A DNA stretch of 64,000 nt from Lama guanicoe. Lineage: Eukaryota. The position numbers and the translations under genes were made by a program. The stretch is from positions 1,270,355 to 1,334,354 of the forward strand of contig MU055744.1 of assembly GCA_013239625.1 (NCBI GenBank). Direction: 5' to 3'. The first letter of the stretch is position 1. Each line of letters starts with the position of its first letter. The notes below the pieces were generated by a model. It ran no database searches, was not told the DNA's origin, and worked only from the letters and a program-made list of their open reading frames with translations. Of the stretch, positions 1 to 10,975 are shown piece by piece.

Positions 1-2924
1 CGGTACGAGCTGGGTCTTCCCAGGACGCCACTGTGTGGAGTCTGGTTGGAAACTTTGGCTGCAGGGCCCTGCGGTTTCCTTCTGGTTTTTAGGGCCTGGA
101 GGTGGTAGACAGTCATCATCACGAAATGGCAGCCTCACCTCCGCCTTGTGAGCTGGGCAACCTCGGTGCACGGGACCCGTTTTGCAGAGCAGCAGGCGGA
201 GGCTCAGAGGGTGAGCGCCGTGCACAGGGTCACATGGCCTTGGTTAGTTAGCGTCTCCTGTCTGGGAGTTTGCTACAAGCGGGGCAGGGAGGTCGTGGCC
301 GGCTTCGCCAGCACAGTGCCTGGCCCTGGGTTTGCCGCTGGGGTCAGCTCGGCCCCATCTGCGGCCCCGGGCAGGTGGCTTTCCCTGAAGTTGATTCCCT
401 CCCCTGGAGGATGGGAGCAGGGCCACTAAGCCCGCCGCTCGGAGCCCCACGGGCGCTGCTACGGAAGGCTCCACCCGTGGTCAGTGAGCTGGCGGGCTTC
501 CGTCTTCCTCGGGGGCATAGTCCTCTGTGCAATGGCCACTGTCAGCATGTCTCCCACGTGGGAGTGAGACGTGTCCCCTCTTGACCTCCGGGGCCGTGGG
601 CAGGAGGCAGGGAGGGAGGAGGGAGCCCAGGGGTGAACCCCCGCCTGCAGGAGGCCTCGGCCGGCCTCTGGTTCCGCGTGGTCCTGGGCTGTTCGTCCCA
701 GGACCCACCGCCGACTTGCCCCCTAGCTGTCTCTCAGCGCTGGGCTCCCCTGCAGGTGTCCTCGGCCCGCCTGGCCCTCCCCGCCACTGCAGGCCCGCCC
801 GCCCACCCACCGTCCTCGCCTCCCTGGGGCCTGTGCTCAGATCTCAGTATTTGAAACGGTGGGGCTGCCTCCCCACACGGATGCCCGCTGTCTGAGTAGG
901 CTCCTCCCCTGCCTGGGCCGTGGGTCACCGCCCCCGGTGGGGCTGTGAGCTTCCTCCCCGTAGGGACCTTCGTGCCTTCTTTACTAACGTCTCCAGGGGC
1001 CTGGAATCCAGCTGCGGGGGCGCCAGTCTGTCCTGGTGTGAGTGCGTGGATCCTCCTGGAGGAGCCAAGAAGCTTTTGGTGGGGATGGGGTGGGGGGCAC
1101 CTTGCAGAAGGCCCTGGCACCCTCAGTGGGTCAGGAGGCCCAGGCTGGCCCAGCCGCCTCGCTGGGGCCTGGGGAGACTGGACGTCCAGGTGGCCCTCCA
1201 GGGTCTTCCCCGGGGGTGCCCCGCTGCCCACATCAGGGACCCGGGTCAGGTGAAGTCTGGCGCTGCTTCCCTGCGCCTCCCAGCCCGGCTGCCCTGCACC
1301 TGCAGCTCTGCCTGGTCAGCGCGCCTCACTCTGGCCCCTGTTTGGGTGGATTAACAACACGAGGGGATGGTCCAGGAGGCTGTCTCTCTTGCTTGAGTTA
1401 AGGAGCAGAGCGCACCTTCTAATAAGTGTGTGGAATGCTCCTGTTTATTATCCATCAGGACATTCTGCTGGGCTCAGAATCTCCCGAAGCCGTTAAACCT
1501 GCCCCTCAGCACGGCTTCGGGGACGACAGGCCACTTGTTAAGTTAGCGTGCGGGGGTAGGGGGGTGCAGTGTCCCCCCAAGGGCTGGCCTCGTCGGGAAC
1601 CACGTCCTCTGCATCCACGAGCTCTGGCTGTCTTCAGGGGCCTCAGGAAGGAAGGACGGAAACGGGGCCCAGACAGGACTCACCTCGCTCGTGTCCTGTG
1701 GCAATGGTGACACTGGGGTCGGCTCGGGTCCTGCGGACGGCAGAGATCGAGTTCTTATGTGCTTCACCTGCCCCTTCCCTTCTGCCAAGTGAGGCAGCTG
1801 TGTGCAGGGACAAGGCGCGGACAGCCGTGTGGAACCCCGCCACCCGCAGGCGGTCGGGAAGCTAGGCTGGAGGCCCGCGTAGAGACCAGGAGGCCGTGTG
1901 GGGGCCAGGAGGCCATGTCGGGGTCAGGAGGGCTGTCTGAGGTGAGGCCAAAAGAGGCCTGATTCAGGAGGGGAGGGCTGACCAGCAGCTCTTTAAGGAC
2001 AGAGCAGTGAATGCACGCCTGTCCTGACAAAGGTCAGAACAGGTGCAGATAACTCCCTCCTTCAGTGGATCTGGAACCATCTGGGCCCTCTCGGGAGGCC
2101 AGGAGGAGGCAGAGGGCAGGGCGCCACTGAAGCAGAGTGAGTCCACTTTTATCTGTTTTCTGTATTGCATTTTGTCTGATGTTTTGCTTGCAGACAGTGT
2201 TCGGAAGAGGTTAAAAACATAGTTTGAAACCATGGGTCCCTAACAGCTGAGGAAACCCGCCTCTCTGGGAATGGGGCTTTGGGAGGGTGGGGAAGGCTGG
2301 GTCTGAGGGTGCACTGGTGGTGGGCCAGGCCTGGTCACACTTCTGGGATGAGGAGGCCTCAGCCTTGTGTCTGCCCTGGATGTGGGAGGCAGGCACGTGC
2401 TGCCAGCATCGCAGTCCCTCCGACTGTCCGCCCATCAGCAGTCCCCTGCCCTGGTTGGGCCCAGAGCCTGGATCTGCTGCCCCAGCTCCGGCCCCCTTGG
2501 CTTTTGTGCTTGTCTCTGTTCCATCCCTCTCTGCCTGGGACCCCCTTTTTCATCAGCCTGTCCTCTGCCCACTCCACCCCCCTGGGCAGCACCTGGCACA
2601 TGCTGTCACCCCCTCCGGTGCCTGTGGCAGGCATCACTTGTCGATCCCAGCACTTCCCACTGAGCCCATCAGCACGGCGTCCCAGCACCCCGACAGTCTA
2701 CTGGAGTTGGCACATGGGAGGAAGCCAGTTCACTTTGCCAGACCTCCCACCTGGCCTGTAGTTGCTAACACCCCTTTTCTTGTCCCGGCTTCTCCCCTGA
2801 ATACCCACCCACCCCTGCCCTCTGGATTCTTTGAGAGTACTGATGCTCTGGAAGCCAGGTAAAGATGGACCAGCTGAGACACCTGTGGGGGCTTGGGACA
2901 GAATGTGATGCTGGGGAGTGGGCG

Positions 2925-3035
2925 TGACCCACAGCTCGCCTCACCTTTGGGCCATGGTTTTCCTCTCTGCACAATGGGTCTGCAGGTCAGCCCCATCTCA
3001 GAGCTGCTGGAGGGAGATTTGAGATGATGTGGTTG
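2925..3035 (+). mobile_element. MIR SINE fragment
   Basis: Degenerate MIR core 'ggttttcctctctgcacaatggg...ctcagagctgctggagggagatttgagatga'. Confidence 0.5.
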
Positions 3036-3099
3036 TGTGTCCTCATGTGCGAGTCCCGTGGATGGCAGTGCCCACGTTGTACCAGCCCAGCCCGAGCAG

Positions 3100-3800
3100 G
3101 CGGTGGCGGCCTTGGCAGCCGGCGGTGGTGCGGTCTCTGGCCCATTCTGGGGCCTGCAGGGCCAGCCCTCCCCACATCTCCGCCCCACTGCCCTGCACCC
3201 ATTTCCCCGTTTAGTGTCCCTCATGGACCATTGCGGCCTCCGGGCTCCGCTCGAGGAGGAAGGTGGCAGGCGGCCTGGGGCATCCGTCCGACAGCCCGAC
3301 CTCCGGCCCGCGCCCGCCCGTCACTTTGCGGAGGGCGGCTGCCTCGCGCTCACCCGGGCTCTCTGTGCCCGCGCGATGCCCATCGGCTGCCGCAGCCGCC
3401 GCGAGCTCGCCTGCGCTGCCCGCCTGTTCGGCCGCGGCTTCCGCAGCACCCGCGGCGCTGACTGCTTACTCACGGGCGGCCCCGGGGGAGCAGGAGGCAG
3501 GCCTGCCGGCGGGGGCTTTCCGGGCCTCTGGGAACATTTCCTCCTCTTATTCAAGGACTGTCACCTCAGGACGTGTTAACCACCTGCTTCCGGGAGAGCT
3601 CGCCCACCGGACACACGTGCACACGCGTGTGCGCACACGGAGTCAGATAAGCCCATCGGGTGCTGATCCTGCGTCTTCTCTGCCTCCCACTCCGGACAGG
3701 GACCACTGGCCGTCGTCGCCTGTCAGGTGGGCGAAGGCGGAGGAAGCTTTGGTTTCGGTGGCTGAGTCCCTGCAGTCGGCGAGCTTTGGGAGACCTGGGC
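3100..3800. promoter_or_regulatory. CpG island, candidate enhancer or alternative promoter
   Basis: Visibly the densest CpG stretch of the window. Contains a GC box, AP-1-like TTACTCA, ETS-like CTTCCGG, E-boxes CACCTG and CACGTG, and GATA AGATAA near 3645. Confidence 0.7.
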
Positions 3801-4339
3801 CCGCCGCCCTGTGTGAGATGGTCAGCGCCTGTGCGTGAGGCCGGGGAGCCTCTGGGTCTTTGGTTTCGTGCCTCCGTCCCCTGCTGTGGGTCCCAGGGAG
3901 GGGCCGTTGGCCGAGGAGGTCACTCCGTGACCCCTGGGGGCGGATCTGTACCTGTGGACGCCCTTCTCACTTATGATTGTTTCTGGGGAGGGGACTCAGG
4001 TGCCGTGGGAGCAGCAGTCACGTCCGACGGGGAGGCCAGGGCTGGAGGAGGTTCAGGAGCGTTGCGTCCAAGCCCTGCTTTGACCGCTGAGCCTCCCTGC
4101 GCGTGGGCAGGCCCCTGCGGTCCTCTCCGGCCCGTTTCCCCATCTGAGGACGGAGGTTGGATTGACTGGCCGACCTCTTGGTGGCGGTCGTCGGGGGTGG
4201 GGGGCGTCGGGTAGGCCACACACGTCTGCATCATCGCGCTCTTCCATGGCTGCCCTGCAGGCCCCACCCGGGTGTCTGGGAGCTGCATGTTCTCAGCTAG
4301 TCCTGGTTCGCCCTACATGCTTTTTTTTGGTCGGCATCC

Positions 4340-4560
4340 ACAGTAATTAAACTTTAATTGGCTAATTGTTTCTCCCCAGTGCCCCAAGACGTTAATTGTT
4401 TCTGTTGAATTCTGGCAATTTGATGTTTGCAACAAAAAAGCTGAATGGGACTGAGAAAGGAGGGAAAAAACATCAAAATGCAAATAATTTTAACAAAGTG
4501 TCCTTTCTCGGCATCCTGGAAGCCTTTCTCAAGGAATGTTGTTGCTTCTGCAGATGCCAC
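4340..4560. promoter_or_regulatory. AT-rich homeobox/octamer cluster, candidate conserved enhancer
   Basis: TAATT[A/G] at 4344, 4355, 4363 and 4393; octamer ATGCAAAT at 4478-4485; SOX-like AACAAAG at 4492; no repeat similarity recognised. Confidence 0.5.
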
Positions 4561-4804
4561 GTGGCGGGGGTCTGTGGCCGGTGGGGCCCTGGGAAGAAGC
4601 CTCTGAATCGCGGGGTGTGTGGCTGTGACCTTGCTGGGGAAGAGGCCCCGCTGTGGTTCAGAAAACTTTCCCCAGGTCCCCAGCAACAAGGGTGCAGGCA
4701 GATTCTCCTGAGTTGCCGCCTGAAATGTGGATTAGGGAGTTTGGGCTGGAGACCTGGAATATTTATCCTGGGTTGTCCTTTTTGACTTCCATTCTTCAAA
4801 AAAA

Positions 4805-5285
4805 AAATTATTGTGATAAAACGGACCAAATGCAAAGTGTACCATTTTAGCCGTGCTAAAGCGTCCATTGCAGTGGCGTTTCTTACATCTCCAGCATGGC
4901 GCAGCCGTCCCCGCTGCCTTGTTCCAGAACGTTTTCTTTACCCCAGAGGGAAACCCTATTTCCTCCTCTCCCTCCCCCAGCCCCTGGCAACCACTAGTCC
5001 GTTTTCTGTCCGCACACAGTTGCCTGTTCTGGACGTTTCCCAGAATCGCTCAGTACGTGGACTTCTGTGTCTGGCGTCTTCCATTTGGCAGGAGGTGTCC
5101 GCGGTTCATCCACGATGTGGCACATGTCAGAACGCCATTCCTTTTAGAGGCTGAGTAATATTCCGTTGTATGGACGGACCACGTCTTTATCCATCACCCA
5201 CTGATGGGCATTTGGGCGGTTCCTGCCTCTTGGCTGTTTTGAGCAGAGCTGTGGTGACCGTGTGTGTGCAAGAGCTTTTCATGTT
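4805..5285 (-). mobile_element. L1 (L1MB-like) 3' end fragment
   Basis: Typical antisense L1MB 3'UTR words: 'ccagcccctggcaaccactagtc', 'ggctgagtaatattccgttgtatggac', 'gatgggcatttggg'. Confidence 0.85.
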
Positions 5286-5298
5286 TATTCTCGAACTC

Positions 5299-5797
5299 TG
5301 TCGACTGCAGAAAAAGTACAACCTTCAAGTTGAGAGTATGTTTTATTCGTCGGACTGTCTGAGGACTTGAGCCCGGGAGACGGCCTCTCAGGTGACTGAG
5401 GAAGCGCTCCGGAGAGGCAGGGGAGGAGCCAAGATATACACAGGAGTTTCTGCGACAAAGACCAGGGAGTCGGAACATCAAAAAACGGCTGTTAATTAAA
5501 GAAGACCAGGGGTCTCGTGTTAAGGAAGTTAGCGCTTGTCTGTGTGTGGGAAGGTGCAAGGTCTGGGCCACTGAAGTCCCTCCTCTGATCCGCCCCCGCG
5601 CTGCCCAGGGCCAGCGTCCTGTGCTTTCCCACCCTGAGTCCCCCAGGGGGCGCCGTGGGGGGGCTGCAGGGGCCAGGCTGCCTGCTCGTCTGTGTCCTGG
5701 GCTCCCTCCCGCTCACTGGGGCGGCGGGAGCGGCTGACGACTTGATGGCCGCAGCATCCTTTGTTTACCGACACGGCTGCAGTGTTTTTCTTTCACG
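5299..5797 (-). mobile_element. Solo LTR, ERV1 MER41-like (cetartiodactyl type)
   Basis: Starts 'tgtcgactg...aagttgagagtatgttttattcg' and ends 'gcatcctttgtttaccga...tttcacg'. A 4-bp target-site duplication ACTC lies at 5295-5298 and 5798-5801. Confidence 0.85.
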
Positions 5798-5974
5798 ACT
5801 CCTAAGCCCGCATCCCACTCACCTTCCAAAGTTCAGGCTCCGGAAGGCTGATGCCCCCAACTCACTCCCAAAGAGCAGGGGCCGCCAGCCTCGCGCGGGG
5901 ATGCAGGATCTCAGGCAGGCCTGCTGGATCAGCGTTGGTTTACAAGCCAGATCTGTGGGAGAGGCGAGGCTGGG

Positions 5975-6370
5975 GGCTGCCGTGAACACAGGTGTGCAAA
6001 TATCTGTGTGAGTTCCTGCTTTGATTCCCCGCACGTGGGATTGCCGGCTCACGCGGTGATTCTGCGTTACGTGCTTGAGGGACCTCATCGTGGTTTCCAC
6101 AGCGTCTGCACCATATTTCATCCCACCAGCGGTGCATGAGACTCCAGTTTCTCCACTTTCTCAGCAACACTTGTTGTTCTGTGTGTGTGTGTGTCTGATG
6201 ACAGCCACCCGAACGGGTGGGACGCAGTATCTCCCTGTGGTCTGATTCCACCCCCCTGGGGTCAGCGATGTTGCGCGTCTTTGCACGTGCTTGCGGGCCA
6301 TCCGCGTGTCTCCTTGGGAGAAGTGTTCATTCGCGTGTCCTGCTCGTCTTTTAATCATATGTTTGGAATG
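5975..6370 (-). mobile_element. L1 ORF2 C-terminal relic
   Basis: ORF 6161..6358(-) 'IKRRAGHANEHFSQGDTRMARKHVQRRATSL' resembles L1 ORF2p '[31 protein letters not shown]'; 'THTDICTPVFTAA' is also L1-like. Confidence 0.9.
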
Positions 6371-7794
6371 TTTTTTCCCTTCGTTTGACCATGTATTTGA
6401 GGGAGGCAGGCATTCAGCTTTTAGGATAGGGCCTCAGTGGGCAGGGCAGCCAGATGTCACCTGCTGACGGTCACGAAAATGCTCACGGAATGGCCGCAGT
6501 CTGCCCCGTCCAGCCCAGCTCTCACCTGTCGCCTGACCTTAACCTTTAAAATCTCCCCACCCCAGAGTTCTCCCTCCCAGGCCATCAGGTCCACTAGGAA
6601 CACTTGCTTCCCCAAGGCCAAGTGTCAGGCCCCTTCCCTGGGTGGGAAGCTCAGGCAGGCGGACACTCTGGGGTCATAGTGGCGACAGAGCCAAGGGTGG
6701 GTGTTCCTTTCCCTCCAGCTAAGCCTGGGGGAGCAGGGAGGCTGCCGCCCCGCCTCCGGGGAATGGGGTGAACTTCCAGAGCTGCAGAGCAGCCTGAACC
6801 CAGATGATGCCCAGGCCCCTCACCAGCTCCGCAGTGAGTCGCGACCCCCTTCCGTCTCCTCAGTGTGGTCAGCACACCTGTGTGGCCTCGTCTGGCCCAC
6901 TAAACCTGCCAGTGCTGGACACGCTCAGGTTAACTGCCACCTGCAGACGTCATTAGACAACCCTCACGTCCAGGCCTCATGGCTTCATTTCCAGGAGGAA
7001 CGAACATCCCAGCAGATGGGCCGTGGAGAACTGTGTTAATCTGCAGTTGATTCTGGTACTTGCTCAGGCCCCCGGCTTCCTTGTGGCTTCATGGAGCCAG
7101 GCGGGGCCAGAGGAGCTCGGGGGAACGCGGTGTAGCCAGCTCGGAAGCTGGAACCTGTTTCCCAGCGCAGCCTCCGGGGATGCTGGGGGCCGCTGCTGGG
7201 TGACACGGGTCCCTGGGCGTCTGAAGGTAAAGGTGCTTCTTCAAGGAGGGCTGGTAATCCGTGCAGGTCAGCAGGCTCTGATGAGATGCTCACTGAGAAC
7301 GTGCACACAGGCTGCCGCTGGGCCGCTCTCACAGACGAGAACGCCTAGTGGGGCAGTTGAGGCCGGTCGCAGTCCCATTGGTCTAGCGAGGACCGGACCG
7401 TTCTAGCTGTCCTGGGAAGGCCGGGCCTTCAGTCTGGGCAGCGTGCAGCCGTGTCACCACAGTGGCCGACATGAGGCCCAGGCTTCCTGGGATGAGGCGG
7501 CTGTGACCTCGGCCCTGGCGGCGCCACCATTGTGGCGTGTCCCGAACCCAGTGCAGGTGGGTGCAGGGAATGTGAGTGCCTTGGGCCTGTCTTGACAGGA
7601 GGAATCAGTCAATGTCATGGAGCAGGAGGGGATGGGCTGAGAGTGGGCTCCTAGCTGCAGCCCTGGGTCGGTCTGGGAGGCTGCAGACAGCGGCCGTTAG
7701 GGAAGGGGGTCCTGTATTTGGGCTCAAGACTCAGCGTCCCGGGTCCTTGGAGCAGAAACAACTTTCCTGTTGGACATTTGATGGTTGGAAGAAG

Positions 7795-7920
7795 CCATTC
7801 ATTCAGTCAGTCATTCGGCAAACACTGTGGCATGCCTGTGTGGCCAGGTGCAGGGGTCAGGGTGCTGAGCGGCCAGCCCCCATTGTCCCTGCTCTCGAGC
7901 TGGCGAGGAGAGTGGGGCGG
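7795..7920 (-). mobile_element. L2 3' end fragment
   Basis: 'cattcattcagtcagtcattcggcaaacac...tgtgtggccagg...gtccctgctctc' matches the antisense L2 tail. Confidence 0.6.
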
Positions 7921-8055
7921 ATCTCTCACGTGCCTGACCCCTGAGGCTGGGGGCCAAGGTCTTCACGGGAGCCTGCGTCTCTGTCCCCCTCTTCGGTCCT
8001 CCACGGACCCTGTAAGTATCCCCATCTTTCCCCTTAGGGCCTCGAGTTTTCACAG

Positions 8056-8082
8056 GTTACACATATGAAACCAACGACACTT
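8056..8082 (+). other. Candidate 27-nt microexon
   Basis: ttttcacag|GTTACACATATGAAACCAACGACACTT|gtaagt; length divisible by 3; AT-rich non-repeat context. Support is from splice signals only. Confidence 0.25.
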
Positions 8083-9907
8083 GTAAGTAATTGATTTTCC
8101 GATTTTTAGTTAATCAGAGACTGATGATGAGTTCTACCCGATCCACGCCCCACACAGGGTGCACTGGCCAGAGAGGGTGCGGGTGGGGAGCTGTGAGTTG
8201 GGGATGGTCGGTCTGGGTGTGTTCACGGTACCTGGAGACCTCGGGGACAATGACCTTCACCCTGGGACTGTGACCTTCAAGGACCCCAGTTGGGTGCCTG
8301 TCACCTCGGGGGACGCAGTGGTCACCAGCGGGCAGCCATGGAGGCTGGCAGATGTCTGCTCGCCGGGGGGAGAGTGGAGGGTGCTCGGAGGGCAACATGA
8401 GGCACGCGACCCTGAGCCAAGCCAGGGCTCCCTGTGCCGGGGGCCCTGGGGGGGCTGGCCGCCCGCTGGGGCTCAAGGCTGGGCATCCAGGGAGGAGCGT
8501 CCCCTGCCGGTGTCGGTGTGGTACCCGCAGAGCTGCAGGCCCTAGTGCCCAGGCGATCGGCAGGCAGAAGGGGCACTGCGCACCTCTCTGCCCCGCCACC
8601 CGGCCTCTCCTCCCACTGACTGACCCAGTGGCGTGGGCTCGGCACCTCCTCCTCGGTGAAGCCGCCTTGGGTTGCTCCAGCACAGGTCCTGGAATGCCTG
8701 GCCTCAGCCGTCTTCCAGACAGAACCCTTGTGCCACTAGGGACACGGAGGCCCTCTGTGGGTCTAGGGTGGAGCCTGGGCTCCCTCCCCTGGCCCATCGA
8801 GCCCAGGCCCCGGCTGGGGGGAGGACTGACCACAGCCCCCCGGGGCTGCCCGGGACGAGGCCCGGCCTCCACAGCAGGTCTTGACCTGTTTGAGCGGCGT
8901 CTTTCCCACCCTGGAGGCCTGCTCCTGGCAGGCAGGCAGGTCTGGCCCGAGGGCAGGTCCACACCGGGCCTCCCACAGCACCTGGCGAGGAAATGGCAGC
9001 CCCCGGTAGGGCAGGGCGGAGCTCCCCGAGCGCTGCCCCGGAGTGCGGGTCTGCAGAAGGTGACCCTGGGCTCCGCTGAAGGACCAGAGGGCAGGAGGGC
9101 CCTCGCCTCCCGGCCCAAGGACGCCGCGGCCGCGCTATTCCTTTTGCTTCCCCTGAAACAGACCCGTCCACCTGGCTCCGGCTTCTGTGCTGTTTCCGGC
9201 TCGCGTTCCTGTCTGATCTGAGACTGAAGTATTTTAGCTGGTGGCAGGAGTGGCTCAGTGCCCTTTCTCCCTCCCGAGAGGGGAAGAGTGTTCAAGGAAA
9301 ATCCAGCGACCTGGCGAGCAGCAGCCTGTGACCCACGGCCTGGAAAGGCAAGGAGGTGGGCGGCGGGGCCCTGGGCTGGGAGTCTGGGCACCCGGGCTCC
9401 CGGAGCCCTCGGCTGGGGCTGTGCAGCTTCGGGGCAGGGCCCGGGGGCAGCCCCAGGGCTGAGCGAAGAACGCGGGGGCTGGAGGCTTAGGGCTCATTTC
9501 AGGGCCCTGCTGGGCCCTCCTCGGTGGCCAGGCCTGGGAAGTCGCCTCCATTTCCCGTCCGCACCAGCTCCACAGGTGGGCGGGGTGCACTCGGGAGCGA
9601 TGCCACGGTGCTGCACCCATGGAAGCAGCACATGATGGTGGTTTTTCCCTTTGGTGGGCACTGGGGTATGTGTCGGAAATGCAGCAACAGGGCAGCGAGG
9701 GAGGCCCGAGAGGAGGCATGGACAGTCCAGTCGTCAGCCCCGAGGCCCAAGCCAGGCCAGGACACATGGAGAGAGGGACGAGGTGGTGAGGATGCTGTGA
9801 AAGGACCACTGGATCTTTGGGGTGGGGGTGGGGGGCAGTGGGTCCCAGGGGCTGAGAAGGGGGGTGTCAGGCCCACCCAGATTTCGGTTCTGTATCTGTT
9901 TGTTAAA

Positions 9908-9972
9908 TGCGTGACCTTGGTCATCTACACATCCTCACTGGCCTCAGCCATCTCATCTACAAAATGGGAAGC
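9908..9972 (+). mobile_element. MIR SINE fragment
   Basis: 'gtgaccttgg...gcctcagccatctcatctacaaaatggg'. Confidence 0.55.
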
Positions 9973-10632
9973 AAAATTACATCGCTGGCACCAGCCCCCT
10001 GGAGTCGGGGGTAGGGTGGAGGCCCAGCCTTGTCCTGGCACCAGGGGGCTCAGTAGTCCACCCTCAGGGGCTCTCACGTCTGGCCTGGATTCCGAGCTGT
10101 TTCTAGCGACGTGGTAGCCAGGGCAGGAGCTGGCGAGGGTCAGAGGGACGAGGCACTGGGCCGCTCGGGAAGGAGACGCTGCGCCGTCCGCAGGCCTGTC
10201 TTCCTGCCACAGCTGAGACCTCGCTCCTCTTGGCTTAAAAACAGTTTCTAGCTGAGCCAGAGGCACCAGATCTCCTTCAGCGTTTCTAACGGGTTCCCTG
10301 TTAAGTTTGACTGGGGAAAGTCACCCCGAGGTGTCTTTCAAGTGGGAAAGCAGAGGCGTCCTCAGCCTGGGGATGTACCGTCAGGGAAAGCAGATTAAGT
10401 CGTGTTTAATGGTGTCAGCATCTCAGTCACTGTGGAAGATGGAGTTGGTGAGGCAGAAAAACGAGACCATCCTTCGGGGGAGGGCGGGGAAGGGCGGGGC
10501 GGGCGGCGGCCTGGGCTGGGGTCTCAGCGGGTGGGGCCGCGAGGTGGGCAGGCCGCTGGGGGGCCCGGCTTTCCCAGGGTTGTGTCAGTTCTCTGCGTGA
10601 TGGTCCCAGCCTCTGCGGGCGGGATGGGGGGC

Positions 10633-10975
10633 TGCTGTGGCCTGAAGCTTTGCGTCCCCCAAATTCATACATTGAAAACTGATCCGCGGTGTGATGGTTC
10701 TTTGAGGCGGGCCTGTGGGGTGATGGGGTCATGAGGGGTGAGCCTCTGGGATCAGCGCCTCGCAAGAGAGACGCCCCAGCAAGCTCCCTCGCCCCCCCAC
10801 CACGGGGGGCACCGCGAGAAGACGGCCGTCTGTGAGCCGGGAAGCGGGTCCTCCCCAGACACCGAATCTGCCCGCAGCTTGATCTTGGACTTCCAGCCTC
10901 CAGAACTGTGAGAGATCGACACGTGAGGTTTAAGCCACCCGGTCTGTGGCATTGCCCCCCGGCTGGACTGAGACA
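10633..10975 (+). mobile_element. MaLR solo LTR (MLT1A-like)
   Basis: 'tgctgtggcctgaa...cccccaaattcatacattgaaa...ttgatcttggacttccagcctccagaactgtgaga...gactgagaca'. Confidence 0.85.

Noticed and set aside
4478-4498. Canonical SOX2-OCT4 composite element
   Set aside because: Orientation and spacing do not match the CWTTGT-N-ATGCAAAT arrangement; kept only as separate motifs.
5975-6370. Functional L1 ORF2 or domesticated reverse transcriptase gene
   Set aside because: Short, frameshifted and heavily substituted relic.
8120-8200. C/D box snoRNA starting at ATGATGA
   Set aside because: No CTGA D box or terminal stem at a suitable distance.
8114-9391. 425-aa minus-strand ORF
   Set aside because: Arg/Pro/Gly-rich, with equally long overlapping ORFs on the opposite strand and no domain signature.
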